In this document: positions 62,907 through 64,000 of the stretch, piece by piece | Position numbering within the stretch: position 1 is the first letter of the stretch | Layout: each line of letters starts with the position of its first letter | Assembly: GCA_951406725.2 (NCBI GenBank) | Contig: OX597831.1 | Location: forward strand, 39,680,001 to 39,744,000 | From: Octopus vulgaris | Taxonomy: Eukaryota | DNA: 64,000 bases | Reading direction: 5' to 3' | Position numbers and translations under genes: made by a program | Notes under the pieces: generated by a model | The model's database searches: none | Seen by the model: the letters and a program-made list of their open reading frames with translations, nothing else | What the model was told of the DNA's origin: nothing

Positions 62907-63309
62907 GTATTGTATTTGTTTTAATTCTGACAATTTGGGTTTCTCTATTTCCATGTCATTATATAAGCTGACTGATTCACCCTTTCCTTTCAGAGAAGTG
63001 ATTTCATCCGTTGGAAATTGATGATGCACCAATAAGAATACTTTCTCTCTCCACCCTTCACTTGATAGTCTTTGCCAAGAATGTCCAACCAAGTTGCCTT
63101 AATCTGTCTGTATGTCTCTGAGCAAACTAATGAGTCTGTTGCACCCATCCACCCCACCAACTACCATCCAGCTAATTACTTCTAAGTCAGTTGCTGCTTT
63201 TGGCACTGTTAGAATCCTATTTTCAGTACTTATAATCCAGGGAAACAACTACTGCTTGAACTGCTAAAAATAGCAGCCAAATCTCAAATCTCTTTCAAAT
63301 TACTGTCTC

Positions 63310-63540
63310 ATGTCCTTGGTCTCATAGGGCCAGGTGTTCCGTTTCCATGGCATATAAATGGCTGAATTTGCAACATTCCACCACTGAATGGGATGTGAAC
63401 CTGTGACAGGGTTATTCCTTTACAGTTGAGTGGATTTGAGGGAATGTGAAATGAAATGTCTGTTTCAAGAACGTAATGCACTGTCTGACTGCACAATGCA
63501 GAATGTAAAACCACGAGCTCCTGATTTTGAGTGCAACTAT
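63310..63540 (-). mobile_element. old tRNA-derived SINE with E-like head and F-like tail
   Basis: reverse complement reads TTGCACTC..TCTTGAAACAGACATTTCATTTCAC..AACCCTGTCACAGG..GGCCCTATGAG. Confidence 0.55.
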
Positions 63541-63744
63541 TCTGCTCAATATCTTAGCGATAAACGCATCCCAAATATTATTTTAGCAAGTTTAAAGTGA
63601 TTTCTTTTGTACCATAAACCATTTACCATTTCTGTGGTGCCCCCTCCTTTTCTTAATGCCCTAAGCATGTGCTTAAAGGTTAATCCAGTGCTGACAGGAA
63701 GGGCATCCAGCTATAGAAAATCTGCCTCACCAAATTCTGGCCAA

Positions 63745-63965
63745 CCCATGTGCTTCCAATTCTGTCTTGATTACACCATTTTTTTTTTCCATCTCAACAA
63801 CCAAAATTGCTTGACCAAATCGTTTTCCCATCGTCGTGGACACCTTCCAAGTGGCATTTTCTGATCTCTTTCTTGGATACCATTCAGCAACGGCTTAGGT
63901 CAACCTGTTGTCTGTGGTCCTAGGGATATATGTCTGGCACAGCTGCACTTGTGCTTTCATTAAAG
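63745..63965 (-). mobile_element. RTE-type LINE 3' coding remnant (further lineage)
   Basis: minus strand RTTDNRLT*AVAEWYPR..PLGRCPRRWENDL resembles the RTE motif RRTDNRWT..EWYPR..RGRP..RW. Confidence 0.6.
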
Positions 63966-64000
63966 ATGCAATTACATTATTTCCTCAGCTCTGTTCTAAA

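Noticed and set aside
62423-62920. Long TSD around the last SINE A
   Set aside because: GTATTGTATTTGTT recurs, but the left copies belong to a ~34-bp tandem duplication not adjacent to the SINE start, so a clean TSD cannot be called.

Overview
Eukaryotic, AT-rich, extremely repeat-dense non-coding DNA. It is very probably from an octopod cephalopod (Octopus), judged from recognition of the SINE families and the microsatellite load, not from a search. No intact protein-coding gene, rRNA, functional tRNA or CRISPR array can be supported; nearly all listed ORFs are translations of microsatellites or repeats. The window is a mosaic of: (A) a tRNA-headed SINE with an internal (TA/TG)n tract, more than 20 copies or fragments; (B) a Nin/Deu-domain SINE, about 15-20 copies, several with perfect 12-16 bp TSDs; (C) 5'-truncated copies of an RTE LINE consisting of the ORF end plus a structured 3'UTR ending in (GAT)n, about 20 copies; other modular SINEs; 3' remnants of several more RTE lineages; decayed Tc1/mariner transposases (a DD37D maT, a DD35D-spaced mariner, a rosa-like mini-element); and hAT, piggyBac-like and Tc1/Tc2-like MITEs, often nested. 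Family letters A-H are my own labels and copy counts are by eye. The most notable observations are a perfect 125-bp-arm palindrome with a template-switch signature (28910-29172), several foldback and inverted repeats able to form long dsRNA, degenerate Penelope-type minimal hammerhead-like cassettes (including a U3-A8 core variant) at the ends of short repeats, two 32-bp minisatellites (one born inside a SINE), and a variable-number double-hairpin module in the RTE 3'UTR. I cannot demonstrate a new biological system from sequence alone; the hammerhead-like foldback elements are the best candidate.
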